Below are positions 26,455 to 36,222 of a stretch of DNA of 64,000 bases, in pieces (the first letter of the stretch is position 1; each line of letters opens with the position of its first letter). The stretch is from contig JAQYVV010000006.1 in the NCBI GenBank assembly GCA_030145275.1, positions 8,000-71,999 on the forward strand, read 5' to 3'. This DNA comes from Desulfurivibrionaceae bacterium. Lineage in GTDB: Bacteria; Desulfobacterota; Desulfobulbia; Desulfobulbales; VMSU01. The notes beneath the pieces were generated by a model. It did not search any database. It was given only the letters and a program-made list of their open reading frames with translations, and was not told the DNA's origin. Position numbers and translations under genes: made by a program.

Positions 26455-27879
26455 ATGACCCCCACAAAAACTTTGTCCCCATATCTCCCGGTTCTTCTGG
26501 TCGATGACGAGAAACCATGGCTGAACAGCCTTAGCCTGAAACTGCGTGCCACAGGTATCAACAACGTCACCTGCTGCTCCGACAGCAGGCAGGTCTTGAA
26601 TCTTCTGGCAAAACAGCAATTCACCGCAATGGTCCTCGATCTCATCATGCCCCATGTGCAAGGCGACACTCTCCTGCCGGAGATTACCCGCCTCTACCCT
26701 GACATGCCGGTGATTATTATCACAGGCCTTGACCAGGTTGACACAGCTGTAAACTGCATACAGCAAGGTGCTTTTGATTATCAGGTCAAAGGGAATGAAA
26801 ACCAAAAGCTTATTGAGGTCATAAAGCGGGCCATTGAACTCAGCCAGCTGCGCAGAGAAAATGAGCTTTTAAAGGATCGTTTTCTCTCTGATAAAATCGA
26901 TAACCCCTCAGTTTTTAAAGCGATTGTCACCGGCAATAAATCTATGCGCTCCCTGTTCCAGTACATGGAGGCCATTGCCCACACAAATGAACCAGTCCTT
27001 ATCACCGGTGAAACTGGGGCCGGCAAAGAACTTTTTGCCCAAGCATTACACGATCTTTCCCAGAGATCAGGAAAATTTGTCCCGGTCAATATAGCTGGTT
27101 TTGATAAAGACATGTTATCAGACAGTCTTTTCGGGCATAAAAAAGGTGCCTTTACCGGTGCAGAAACATCCAGGGACGGCCTGTTGCTTAAGTCCTCGGG
27201 AGGCACCATTTTCCTGGATGAGATAGGAGACCTTGACCAGACATCCCAAGTCAAACTGCTGCGGCTTATCCAGGAAAAAGAGTATTTTCCACTTGGCTCA
27301 GACATAGCAAAGAAAACGGATGCCCGGATGATTTTTGCAACCTTGCGCGACATACAAACACTGCAAAACGCAGAGACATTCCGCCCTGACCTCTTCTACC
27401 GCTTACGGGCCCATCATATTCACATACCGCCGTTGCGTGAGCGCCTGGATGACTTGCCTATACTCCTCGATTACTTCCTTAAAATCGCAGCTGCCCAACA
27501 AGGAAAGAAAGTGCCTAGCTATCCTAAAGAACTGCTCCTTGTCCTGGAGAATTATGCATATCCAGGCAATGTCAGAGAGCTAAAAAACATGATCTTTGAC
27601 GCAGTGAGTAAACATAGCAGCAAAACACTTTCAATGGATGCATTCAGATCTTACCTTAAGGATATCCCTGTCATTCGAGAAACAAGCCCTAAGCTAAGCG
27701 AGGATGATGCAATATTTTCCCATCTGGCCACACTTCCTTCTTTAAAAAATTCAACCCAGCTTCTTGTCCAAGAGGCCCTTCAGCGCGCCAAAGGCAACCA
27801 ATCGATCGCAGCGGAAATGCTTGGCATTACAAGGCAGGCTCTGAACTGGCGTATCAAAAAAGAAGAAAAGAAAATATAG
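26455..27879 (+). CDS. Sigma-54-dependent response regulator (NtrC family)
   Basis: REC domain (VLLVDDE..MVLDLIMP), AAA+ domain with GETGAGKELFAQALH and GAFTGA, and a C-terminal Fis-type HTH (AAEMLGITRQALNWRIKK). Confidence 0.9.
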   Translation: MTPTKTLSPYLPVLLVDDEKPWLNSLSLKLRATGINNVTCCSDSRQVLNLLAKQQFTAMVLDLIMPHVQGDTLLPEITRLYPDMPVIIITGLDQVDTAVNCIQQGAFDYQVKGNENQKLIEVIKRAIELSQLRRENELLKDRFLSDKIDNPSVFKAIVTGNKSMRSLFQYMEAIAHTNEPVLITGETGAGKELFAQALHDLSQRSGKFVPVNIAGFDKDMLSDSLFGHKKGAFTGAETSRDGLLLKSSGGTIFLDEIGDLDQTSQVKLLRLIQEKEYFPLGSDIAKKTDARMIFATLRDIQTLQNAETFRPDLFYRLRAHHIHIPPLRERLDDLPILLDYFLKIAAAQQGKKVPSYPKELLLVLENYAYPGNVRELKNMIFDAVSKHSSKTLSMDAFRSYLKDIPVIRETSPKLSEDDAIFSHLATLPSLKNSTQLLVQEALQRAKGNQSIAAEMLGITRQALNWRIKKEEKKI

Positions 27880-27880
27880 G

Positions 27881-29377
27881 ATGGATTTTAAGCAAGCCCA
27901 AGACATATGGCATGATTGGCAGAATAAGAAAATGCCCACGGGTGAACTTCACCTTGCCTCTGACATCGCAGCCTCTTTTATTTCGTCATTTCAGCAGAGA
28001 GAGCCAGAAGATTTGCGTCTTATTGACCTCCTCTGCGAAATGGCCATGGCCAAGCAGGCAAAGATCGCCAAACATGCCTCAGCCACCCTCTTCAGTGAAA
28101 TAATTGAAATTCTCTGCGATGATTTCTCCAAAGAGGGGGTTGCAACCTGCGCCCATGTCCTTCTCCGGATACTTGACTCGATTCGAAAGCAACCGGAAGG
28201 AAGGGAACTTGATTCCCTCCTGAGAAAAAAAGGACTTAATACAACAGCGCAGCTTCTGGAGCGTTTTGAGGCAATACGAGAAAAAACTCGTATTCCAGAG
28301 GGGCAGCTAAGAAAGACCCAAAAAATCATTATACTTTCAAGAGTAACCGCAGGGGCTGATATTTCCATAACCGGCATTATCATCCAAAGGCTCCGAAAGA
28401 GTTTTCCCCAAGCAGAATTTATCCTAATCGGCCCTGAACATCTTCCACATATGTTCGGTCAGGCTAAAAGATGCCGTTCTATCCCCTTTATTTACAAAAA
28501 TAACGGCAGCCTCCTTGAAAAAATGACCACCTGGCCGGCTCTTTTGGCCATCGTCACTAAGGAAAGTCACGATTTTTACCCAGGTGAGGTGCTCCTATTT
28601 GACCCCGACACACGACTTTCCCAACTAGGCCTTTTACCGCTGCTAGATGACGAGCACACGTGGTACTTCCCCTCTAGAACGATAGGCCTTACAGATGGCC
28701 GCCAGAAAAGCCTCTCCGAACTGAGCAACCAATGGCTGAACGAGATACTTGGAGAGAACAAACCGCCTCTAGCATATCCGTTACTCTCTGTTCTCGAAGA
28801 GCAGTACTCTGCAATTCGCAACAGCTTAAAAAATGAGCACACCTTCATCATTACAATCAATTTTGGAGTCGGCAACGATCCAAGAAAAAAAATCGGGGCT
28901 CATTTTGAATTGACTCTCTTGCATGAGCTCCTCAAAACACCTCAAACAGTAATTATTCTGGACAACGGCTGCGGGGATGAAGAACACAAAAGGACAGAGC
29001 ATCATCTGCAGGTATTAAAACAGTTTGGCTTCAATACTCAGACAATCACAAAGGGAGAAAATATCGAGAAAATATCGTTGCATCATGGTATTATCTCGCA
29101 CCAAGGTCCCTTATGTGACTTAGGAAAATGGATCAAGATATCAGACTGTTTTATCGGCTATGACTCCTGCGGTCAGCATATTGCCAACGCCGCAGGGACA
29201 CCATCGGTAATTACCTTTGCCGGGGCCCCCTCAGCACGATTTGTGGCACGCTGGTCTCCGAACAACAAGACAGGCTCTACCTTCCCCATCTACAGACATA
29301 GTAAACTTGGCAAAAGAGAACTTGACACCCTGCTCAAAAATGTAGTAGAGGCGGTGGCTAAGGTTAGAAAAAACTGA
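27881..29377 (+). CDS. Glycosyltransferase family 9 (heptosyltransferase)-like protein with an unassigned N-terminal region
   Basis: The C-terminal CFIGYDSCGQHIANAAGTPSVITFAG resembles the GT9 motif (..GNDSGPMHLAAALG.P.V.LFG). It starts 1 nt after the regulator's stop codon. Confidence 0.55.
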   Translation: MDFKQAQDIWHDWQNKKMPTGELHLASDIAASFISSFQQREPEDLRLIDLLCEMAMAKQAKIAKHASATLFSEIIEILCDDFSKEGVATCAHVLLRILDSIRKQPEGRELDSLLRKKGLNTTAQLLERFEAIREKTRIPEGQLRKTQKIIILSRVTAGADISITGIIIQRLRKSFPQAEFILIGPEHLPHMFGQAKRCRSIPFIYKNNGSLLEKMTTWPALLAIVTKESHDFYPGEVLLFDPDTRLSQLGLLPLLDDEHTWYFPSRTIGLTDGRQKSLSELSNQWLNEILGENKPPLAYPLLSVLEEQYSAIRNSLKNEHTFIITINFGVGNDPRKKIGAHFELTLLHELLKTPQTVIILDNGCGDEEHKRTEHHLQVLKQFGFNTQTITKGENIEKISLHHGIISHQGPLCDLGKWIKISDCFIGYDSCGQHIANAAGTPSVITFAGAPSARFVARWSPNNKTGSTFPIYRHSKLGKRELDTLLKNVVEAVAKVRKN

Positions 29378-29428
29378 AGGAGAGTAAATTTTCGGGTTGA
29401 AGCTGAAAACTACTAAAACCACCTAATT

Positions 29429-29536
29429 GTAAATGTTTGACAGCGCTTCACAGGGAGGTGATCAGGTCGATCAGCTATACAATCGGTATGCTGGTTGGCC
29501 TGATCACCTTTCTGTGGAGTGCTGCCGAATATTTAC
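29429..29536. repeat. Palindromic intergenic repeat, type A
   Basis: GTAAATGTTTGACAGCGCTTCACAGGGAGGTGATCAGG...CCTGATCACCTTTCTGTGGAGTGCTGCCGAATATTTAC. Confidence 0.85.
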
Positions 29537-29549
29537 GAAGGAGAAGCAT

Positions 29550-30533
29550 TTGAACACACCTGATTACAACAAGCTGCGCAACGCCATAGCCCAATTTGAC
29601 TCGGCCCGCATCCTTGTCATTGGCGATATCATTCTTGATCATTTTATCTGGGGATCCGTGGCAAGAATTTCACCGGAGGCACCAGTTCCGGTCGTTAATG
29701 TCACCCATGAGAACCTTTTGCTTGGCGGTTCGGCCAATGTCCTTCATAATATCTACGCCTTGAACGGCCAGGCGACCATCTGCGGCATAATCGGCCAGGA
29801 CCAGATGGGTGAGCATATCATCAAACTGCTTGAAGACCTCGGTTCTTCAACAGAAGGAACTATCCGCTCTCCAGACCGGCCAACAACCATTAAAACCAGA
29901 ATTATTGCAAGGCATCAGCAGGTTGTTCGTTTTGACCGTGAGGCAACTGAGTGCATTGATGACGCCATTCTAAAAAATGTTTTGGACTTTTTCGGGGCTA
30001 ATCTTGGTGAATTTGATGCCGTTATTGTTTCGGATTATGCCAAGGGCATTGTCTGTGATGCTCTCATGACCTCACTACAAGAAGAATTAGTAAAACATCC
30101 TCATATTCCTTTGGTGGTAGACCCAAAACCTGGATCACAAAGACGTCTGAAAGGGGCCACTCTGATAACCCCAAATCATCATGAAGCTGAACAGATGTCA
30201 GGCATCAAAATAGTTGATGACAACAGCCTACAGATTGCCGGAAGCAAACTTCTCGAGGAGCTGGAGAGCAAAGCCGTTCTCATTACTCGCGGCGAGGCTG
30301 GCATGGCCCTTTTTGAAAAAAATAAACCAATGGTTACCATTCCGACCATGGCCAAAGAGGTCTTCGATGTTACAGGCGCTGGAGATACCGTCATAGCCAC
30401 CCTTTCACTAGGCCTTGCTGCGGGCCTCTCATTTGTCGAGGCAGCAACTCTGGCAAACGTTGCAGCTGGAATTGTAGTTGGAAAGGTGGGAACCGCCACC
30501 GCAAATATTGAAGAGATACTAGGAGCATTTTAA
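29550..30533 (+). CDS. hldA: D-glycero-beta-D-manno-heptose-7-phosphate kinase (RfaE domain I only, PfkB fold)
   Basis: ARILVIGDIILDHFIWGSV.RISPEAPVPVV, ITPNHHEAE, and DVTGAGDTVIA. A TTG start at 29550 follows AGGAG at a 6-nt spacing. The longer ORF start lies inside the repeat. Confidence 0.8.
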   Translation: MNTPDYNKLRNAIAQFDSARILVIGDIILDHFIWGSVARISPEAPVPVVNVTHENLLLGGSANVLHNIYALNGQATICGIIGQDQMGEHIIKLLEDLGSSTEGTIRSPDRPTTIKTRIIARHQQVVRFDREATECIDDAILKNVLDFFGANLGEFDAVIVSDYAKGIVCDALMTSLQEELVKHPHIPLVVDPKPGSQRRLKGATLITPNHHEAEQMSGIKIVDDNSLQIAGSKLLEELESKAVLITRGEAGMALFEKNKPMVTIPTMAKEVFDVTGAGDTVIATLSLGLAAGLSFVEAATLANVAAGIVVGKVGTATANIEEILGAF

Positions 30534-30536
30534 CTT

Positions 30537-30726
30537 CAGGTAGGGCCCAAAAACGGGCATAACCACAGAATTGTAACTGTTTAGATGTGCCCCACTCCGG
30601 GTGTGTGTGAACAGGCCTTTCAGCTATACATCGGTATGCTGGAAGGCCTGTTCGCACCCCAAGGGTACTTCCGTTGGGCGCGCGCAGGTAGCGCAGACTC
30701 CGGATGGGGAGCAGCTGAATAGTTAC
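30537..30726. repeat. Palindromic intergenic repeat, type B
   Basis: It is the reverse-complement homologue of 52632-52780 and shares its 5' flank module with 21921-22095. Confidence 0.85.
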
Positions 30727-30737
30727 GGAGCATTAGC

Positions 30738-31622
30738 ATGAAGCGTCCACTCAGTATGACCTCATTTGGCCGGGGAGAACAAGGAAATGAACAGGAAAAA
30801 TGGGTTGTAGAACTTCGCTCAGTCAACCACCGTTTTTGTGACATAAAAGTTAAAATGCCACGGGAATATGCACCTCTGGAAGAAAAAATCAAAAAAGTTA
30901 TTGCTGCCTCCATAGGCCGAGGTCACGTGGATGTCTATGTCACAATCACAGGTACCAATACCGGCAACAGCCGCCTGGCAGTCAATCTCCCCCTGGCAAA
31001 AGAGTACTATGCCTCTCTAGTGAAACTGCAAGAGGCCTTAGGCTTGGACGCCCCACCAACCCTTGAGATGATGGCCGCCAATCGTGACCTAATTACCACA
31101 ACAGAGGAATCAGCTGATCTGGACCAGGCCTGGGAAATACTCCAAAAAGCTTTATCTGAGGCCTTGAAAAACAGTCAAAAAATGAGAGAAGATGAAGGTG
31201 AGGCCCTCAAAATTGACTTGCTTGAACGCCTTGATGGTCTTGAAAAGACGGTTAAAGAGATTGATGAAATTGTCCCAGAACTTCTGAAGCAAAAAGAAGC
31301 GACATTACAGGACCGGCTTAAAAAACTACTTGCCAATGTCGATCTTGACCCGCTCAGATTAGCCCAGGAAGTTGCAATTATTGCCGACAAATCAGATATT
31401 ACGGAAGAACTGGTGCGAATCAAAAGTCATACTGAGCAATTCAGAAATTTCCTGGAACAGGATGAACCGGTGGGTAGACAACTCGACTTTCTGCTGCAGG
31501 AATTTCTTAGGGAAATAAATACAACAGCGTCAAAGATTAATGATCCAAAGGCGACCCATAAAACCGTTTTCCTTAAAAATGAAGTTGAAAAGATGAAAGA
31601 ACAAGTTCAAAATATTGAATAA
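30738..31622 (+). CDS. yicC: YicC-family stress-induced protein
   Basis: SMTSFGRGE, VELRSVNHRF, and C-terminal EIVRIKSH...REINT.ASK. Confidence 0.85.
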   Translation: MKRPLSMTSFGRGEQGNEQEKWVVELRSVNHRFCDIKVKMPREYAPLEEKIKKVIAASIGRGHVDVYVTITGTNTGNSRLAVNLPLAKEYYASLVKLQEALGLDAPPTLEMMAANRDLITTTEESADLDQAWEILQKALSEALKNSQKMREDEGEALKIDLLERLDGLEKTVKEIDEIVPELLKQKEATLQDRLKKLLANVDLDPLRLAQEVAIIADKSDITEELVRIKSHTEQFRNFLEQDEPVGRQLDFLLQEFLREINTTASKINDPKATHKTVFLKNEVEKMKEQVQNIE

Positions 31623-31628
31623 AAAAAA

Positions 31629-31781
31629 GTTGAAAGGTAAAAGTTAAAAGTTGAAAGGTATAGTCTTGCTTTATCACTTTATTGATGATACCCCCAAGCT
31701 CTCTTCTTCATCAACCCCGGCATGCCATTAACTTGGGGCCAGTGTCTTTCAACTTTCATCTTGCATCTTTCATCTTGCATT
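31629..31781. repeat. Element bounded by inverted heptamer arrays
   Basis: The left array is GTTGAAA GGTAAAA GTTAAAA GTTGAAA GGTA. The right array is TTTCAAC TTTCATC TTGCATC TTTCATC TTGCATT, the reverse complement of GWTGMAA. A ~85-bp core lies between them. Confidence 0.8.
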
Positions 31782-31832
31782 CAAGTACAAAGAATGAGAC
31801 TAATACCAAATTATTTTTTCGGGATCTGAAAT

Positions 31833-32105
31833 ATGGACAATAGACTTATTAACGTTGGTTTCGGTAATTCGGTGGTTGCAGGCAGGGTTTTAGCAGTTGT
31901 CAACCCAAAGTCCTCTCCAATGAAAACTCTGCGGGATCAGGCAAAGAGAAACAATCAATTGATTGATGTTACAGAAGGCAGGCGCACTAGGTCCATCGTT
32001 GTCATGGACACAAATCATGTCCTCTTGTCGGCAATCCAGCCAGATACCCTCTCCCAGAGGTTTCAGCCCGCTACTATTCACGACCTGGAGGATACACCTA
32101 AGTGA
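31833..32105 (+). CDS. remA: RemA/DUF370-family regulator
   Basis: [30 protein letters not shown]...[31 protein letters not shown]. It sits in the conserved yicC-remA-gmk position. Confidence 0.8.
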   Translation: MDNRLINVGFGNSVVAGRVLAVVNPKSSPMKTLRDQAKRNNQLIDVTEGRRTRSIVVMDTNHVLLSAIQPDTLSQRFQPATIHDLEDTPK

Positions 32106-32710
32106 AAGGCAATTTATTTATCATTTCCGCCCCATCAGGAACTGGCAAGACCACCATTTTAAAAGAGATAATCGGCCATATTCCACGCATCTCTTTTTCC
32201 GTTTCTCACACGACCCGACCGGCTAGAGAGGGTGAAAAGGACAAGGTTGATTATTTTTTCGTCAGCAAGGAATCCTTTATTGAGAGCAGAGACCACAACG
32301 ATTTCTTAGAATGGGCCGAAGTCCACGGCAATTTCTATGGCACCAGCAAGCAAACGGTTATGGAGCAACTGGAGCAAGGCAACGATATAGTCCTAGATAT
32401 TGACGTACAGGGGGCCCGGCAATTACGCAGCAGCTCACTTGAGGCCATATTTATTTTCATTACCCCTCCCTCTTGGCAGGAACTGAAAAAAAGGCTAACA
32501 GGTCGAGGCACCGACGACCAGACAACCATTGATCTTCGTCTTAAGAATGCCCGCCTGGAAATGAAGGATGCGGAGCTGTATGATTATGTGATTATTAACG
32601 ATGATATTTCCACAGCCGTTGATGTCTTGCGAGCCATTATTATTGAAAAAAGGTGCAAAAACCGCAGGGCTCCTAACGGCACCCCTCTCACTTTAGCAGA
32701 TCTGACCTAA
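32102..32710 (+). CDS. gmk: Guanylate kinase
   Basis: P-loop [11 protein letters not shown], and [16 protein letters not shown]. Confidence 0.9.
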   Translation: MKGNLFIISAPSGTGKTTILKEIIGHIPRISFSVSHTTRPAREGEKDKVDYFFVSKESFIESRDHNDFLEWAEVHGNFYGTSKQTVMEQLEQGNDIVLDIDVQGARQLRSSSLEAIFIFITPPSWQELKKRLTGRGTDDQTTIDLRLKNARLEMKDAELYDYVIINDDISTAVDVLRAIIIEKRCKNRRAPNGTPLTLADLT

Positions 32711-33516
32711 TGGTAAAAAAAGCCAAAGCATATTCCCGACCTGGACAAAATAAACCGCGCAGTTCCCCTAAACATAGCCCAGAGAAAGAGCAAAACGCTT
32801 CAACCTGGATATGGGGGATCCACCCCATCCTGGAACTACTAAAGGTAAATCCTATAAAGATTCTAGAAATTACTATTCTGGAAGGTAAATCAGGAGAAAA
32901 ACTGAAACAAATTTCAGCGCTTGCAAAACAGAACAGGATTACCGTTCATTTTAGCAAAACCCTTATAAATGAGAGCCAGGCCCATCAAGGCGTGGAGGCA
33001 AAGACAAAACCGGTATCCTTCCTCTCCCTACACGAGCTTTTACTAAAGACAAAATCTTCTCAACCTCTCTTTCTGGCCCTGGATAGTATTCAAGACCCCC
33101 ATAATTTAGGCGCAATCATCAGGTCTGCTTCTGCTGCAGGCGTTCATGGCATAATCATACCCAAAGACCGTTCTGCCCCAATAACTGGAACTGTTGCAAA
33201 AACAGCCGCAGGGGCAATGGCCCTGGTTAATTTCTGCCAAGTGACCAATCTATCTGACACCTTGCAACAGCTTAAAGAAAAGAATTTCTGGATATACGGA
33301 GCAGACGGAAACGCCGACCAGACCGTGCATTCCTGTGACTTTCAGGGGGCGATCTGCATGGTTATAGGAGGAGAGGGAAAAGGAATACGGCCGCTGGTCA
33401 AAAAGAACTGTGATTTTTTGGTCTCAATACCCATGCACAGCTCCCTTGACTCCCTGAACGCCTCCGTTGCCGCTGGAGTGATTCTCTTTGAGGTCGTGCG
33501 TCAAAGGAGCAAGTGA
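32710..33516 (+). CDS. rlmB: 23S rRNA (guanosine-2'-O)-methyltransferase, SpoU/TrmH family (RlmB-like)
   Basis: LDSIQDPHNLGAIIRSA, VIGGEGKGIRPLV, and SLNASVAAGVILFE. Confidence 0.85.
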   Translation: MVKKAKAYSRPGQNKPRSSPKHSPEKEQNASTWIWGIHPILELLKVNPIKILEITILEGKSGEKLKQISALAKQNRITVHFSKTLINESQAHQGVEAKTKPVSFLSLHELLLKTKSSQPLFLALDSIQDPHNLGAIIRSASAAGVHGIIIPKDRSAPITGTVAKTAAGAMALVNFCQVTNLSDTLQQLKEKNFWIYGADGNADQTVHSCDFQGAICMVIGGEGKGIRPLVKKNCDFLVSIPMHSSLDSLNASVAAGVILFEVVRQRSK

Positions 33517-33584
33517 TCAACCCCCGTGATATACAGGGGGTATAATCGCGTGTCTCGACCACGCACATCAGGGTGCCCCTGAAA

Positions 33585-33637
33585 CGTTTACGGACTCGGG
33601 GTTATGCAATCTTGGGTGTACTTAATTGATCTCTAAC
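33585..33637. repeat. Third repeat type (CGTTTACGG...TTGGGTGTACTTAATTGATCTCTAAC), copy 1
   Basis: A ~52-nt match, including a 28-nt identical core, to the reverse complement of 42472-42523. Confidence 0.8.
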
Positions 33638-33666
33638 GATAAAAACAATGAGTTAACAATCAGCCC

Positions 33667-34131
33667 TTAAATTTCAGGACGATATTTAAGCTGCACACCT
33701 TTTATAAAATTACGTAAAATTTGATTTTGGCAGTCACGATAGTGTTTATGGCTTGGTTTACGAAAAAACGCACTTAATTCGTGTTTACTCAGGTGCAAAT
33801 CAACCAGGGCCAAAATCTCCAATACATCTTCGGCCTTCAGGTTTAGGGCGATTTTTAATTTCTTAAAAATAATGTTGTTAGTTAAATGCTTCTCTGGCTC
33901 AGGCTGGGGACCTTCTTTTTTGCCTCGCTTAGCGTTAATCAAACCATTCAGAAAAATCGCCAGTTGAGTATCACCACATTCCTGATAGGCAGGATCATCA
34001 TCCTTTTTTAACCAATCGCTGATTTGCTCCCGCGTTACCAGGCAATCAGCCAAACCAAATATAGCAATCATTTTAGAATCGCCAAAATTGAAGGCGTAGC
34101 GGATACGGCGCAAAATATCGTTATTTGTCAT
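33667..34131 (-). CDS. DUF1456 (YehS-like) protein
   Basis: It starts MTNNDILRRIRYAFNF and has a duplicated ~70-aa module. Confidence 0.7.
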   Translation of the reverse strand: MTNNDILRRIRYAFNFGDSKMIAIFGLADCLVTREQISDWLKKDDDPAYQECGDTQLAIFLNGLINAKRGKKEGPQPEPEKHLTNNIIFKKLKIALNLKAEDVLEILALVDLHLSKHELSAFFRKPSHKHYRDCQNQILRNFIKGVQLKYRPEI

Positions 34132-34148
34132 AATTATGTCTTACTCTA

Positions 34149-34315
34149 GTAAATATTCGACTAACACGTGAAAACAACAACCAACGAAATGTAAATGTTT
34201 GACAGGTAAGCGAAGACTCCGACGCTTCAGATGTGTTCGATCAGGTTGGCGAAGCGTAGTAGTTCTACGTGAGTCAGCCTGATCGGGCGCAGCTGAAGGG
34301 TTGCCGAATATTTAC
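34149..34315. repeat. Composite type A repeat (inverse orientation of 21498-21722)
   Basis: GTAAATATTCGACTAACACGTGAAAACAACAA... followed by a nested GTAAATGTTTGACA...TTGCCGAATATTTAC unit. Confidence 0.85.
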
Positions 34316-34320
34316 CCGCT

Positions 34321-35541
34321 CTAGCTGCGGAGTTTAGCCTTGAGAAGGTCTCCCAGGGTGCCGAGGGAACCGGTTGCCTGGGCTTTTTTCTCTTTCTTGT
34401 AACTATCGTAATCCTTTCCTGAGGTATCTTCCCTTTCCTGGGCTTCCATTTTCTTTCCTTTCAGGTGAGGACAGAGGTTTTTGGTGGGCGACAGAGATAT
34501 TCTTTTTTCTTCCAGGTTGATCTTATCAATTTTCACCTCAAGTTCCTGGCCAAGCTCCACAGCTTCCTTCGGGTGGCTAATTTTTCTTCCTTCGGCCATG
34601 GTACTGATATGCAGAAGCCCATCAACTCCCTCTTCTAAACTTACAAAGGCACCGAAGGTTAAAAGCCGCACAACTTTACCCTTTTGAACTGAACCTTCAG
34701 GATATTTCTCAGCAACATTTTTCCACGGATCGGGCTGGGCATTCTTCAGGCTGAAGGAAAAACGCTGCTGCTCCCAATCCAGTTTCAGAATCTGCACTTC
34801 AACCCGCTGACCGACACTAAGGCGCTCGTTGATATCTTCAACCCGCCCCCAGCAAATTTCAGAGATTGGTAACAGTCCCTCAATACCCTCATCAATCCGC
34901 ACAAAGGCACCAAACTTCTGCAGAGATGTAACTGTTCCCTGAACAATCGCACCTTCCTCCAGAGTATCTCGCAGCGCTTCAATTTTTTCTTGTAATTCTT
35001 CTTCCTGGATGGCCCGATGGGAAACAATAATATTACGGCCAGCCTCCTTGTATTCGATAATCTTAAATTGGATCTGCCTGCCGACAAACTCTTCCGATTC
35101 AACCCTTTGTAAACCAGCTTGAGAAAAAGGGCAAAAACTGCGGATAGAACCGGCAATTTTAACCTCATAACCGCCCTTCACCTCTTTTCCGACCACGCCC
35201 TCAATGGGAATACCAGCATGGTGAGCTTGTTCAAGGTGGGCCTGGGCCTCGGCCCCAGCCCCTAGTTTTGTGGTAAATTTCATGCCATCTTTTGTGGCTG
35301 ACAGAAAATAGACGGAGACATTATCCCCCTCCTGCACTGCAAGGTTGCCCTCTGCATCCCGTATTTCACTGGTGGCAAAATACCCCTCACTCTTGCCGCT
35401 CAAGTTCAGGAAGGTCCACTCCCGCCCTATTCTGATAACTGGGACAATAACCTTTTTGCCAGGCTCATATCGAACCGGTTCGGCATAACTTTCTTCAAGA
35501 AGATCGGCAAAACTCTGTCCATTAGTCGTATCCATTATCAC
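34321..35541 (-). CDS. S1 RNA-binding-domain protein (four S1 repeats, RpsA-like)
   Basis: Repeated G..V.G.V.....GAFV... units and a Lys-rich C-terminal tail. Confidence 0.75.
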   Translation of the reverse strand: MIMDTTNGQSFADLLEESYAEPVRYEPGKKVIVPVIRIGREWTFLNLSGKSEGYFATSEIRDAEGNLAVQEGDNVSVYFLSATKDGMKFTTKLGAGAEAQAHLEQAHHAGIPIEGVVGKEVKGGYEVKIAGSIRSFCPFSQAGLQRVESEEFVGRQIQFKIIEYKEAGRNIIVSHRAIQEEELQEKIEALRDTLEEGAIVQGTVTSLQKFGAFVRIDEGIEGLLPISEICWGRVEDINERLSVGQRVEVQILKLDWEQQRFSFSLKNAQPDPWKNVAEKYPEGSVQKGKVVRLLTFGAFVSLEEGVDGLLHISTMAEGRKISHPKEAVELGQELEVKIDKINLEEKRISLSPTKNLCPHLKGKKMEAQEREDTSGKDYDSYKKEKKAQATGSLGTLGDLLKAKLRS

Positions 35542-35570
35542 TCATTCCTTTTTTTTTATTAACTTTCCTC

Positions 35571-35630
35571 GTAATTATTCAGATGTGCCCCAGGTAAGCG
35601 CCCGCCGGTGGGGTGCAGCTGAATAGTTAC
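35571..35630. repeat. Minimal type B repeat
   Basis: GTAATTATTCAGATGTGCCCC-aggtaagcgcccgccggt-GGGGTGCAGCTGAATAGTTAC. Confidence 0.8.
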
Positions 35631-35632
35631 GT

Positions 35633-36139
35633 TTATTCAAACATTTCACCGACTTCAACCCTCTCCACGTCCATAGTTGAGGTCTCAAGAATACAGAACC
35701 CCGGCTGACTGTCTTTTCCCAACAGGTGTCCCGGGTTAATCAATACAGTATTTCCTATCTTTTCCACCTTGTACTTGTGATTATGACCACAACAGACCGC
35801 ATCAAAAAAACCCTGACTGGCAATCCCCCTCGCCATTTCCGGATAATGGGTAAAGGCAAATTTCTTCCCGCCTGCCTCAACGGCACCTAAGGTACCGTGG
35901 TGGGTGATCGTAGGATATTTAGTGCCGCATTGCTGGGAAATAAGATGCTGGTCTCCCACATTATTACCATACACAAAATGAATCGCGCCACTGAACTTAG
36001 CCAATTCCGGCAGCATAAAGGGTGAAATCAGATCACCGCAATGAATTAGCATATGCGCACCATAGGCATTACAATATGTAACAGCAGCCCGCAAATTAAG
36101 AACCTGATCATGGGTATCTGATAAAATAGCTATTCTCAT
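35633..36139 (-). CDS. YfcE/MJ0936-family metallophosphoesterase
   Basis: MRIAILSDTHD, HCGDLIS, and CGHNHKY. The start was moved to the Met preceded by AAGGA. Confidence 0.8.
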   Translation of the reverse strand: MRIAILSDTHDQVLNLRAAVTYCNAYGAHMLIHCGDLISPFMLPELAKFSGAIHFVYGNNVGDQHLISQQCGTKYPTITHHGTLGAVEAGGKKFAFTHYPEMARGIASQGFFDAVCCGHNHKYKVEKIGNTVLINPGHLLGKDSQPGFCILETSTMDVERVEVGEMFE

Positions 36140-36222
36140 TGTTAATTCCTTTGCACCAATCTTTTCTCTAAGGTCTTGTAAGGAAAGAACCGCTAGCCGC
36201 ACCGTTCAACCCCCGCTGTCAC

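Noticed and set aside
29433-29549. N-terminal 39 codons (MFDSASQGG...) of the hldA ORF.
   Set aside because: They lie entirely within the palindromic repeat at 29429-29536. A TTG start with an AGGAG Shine-Dalgarno sequence follows the element.
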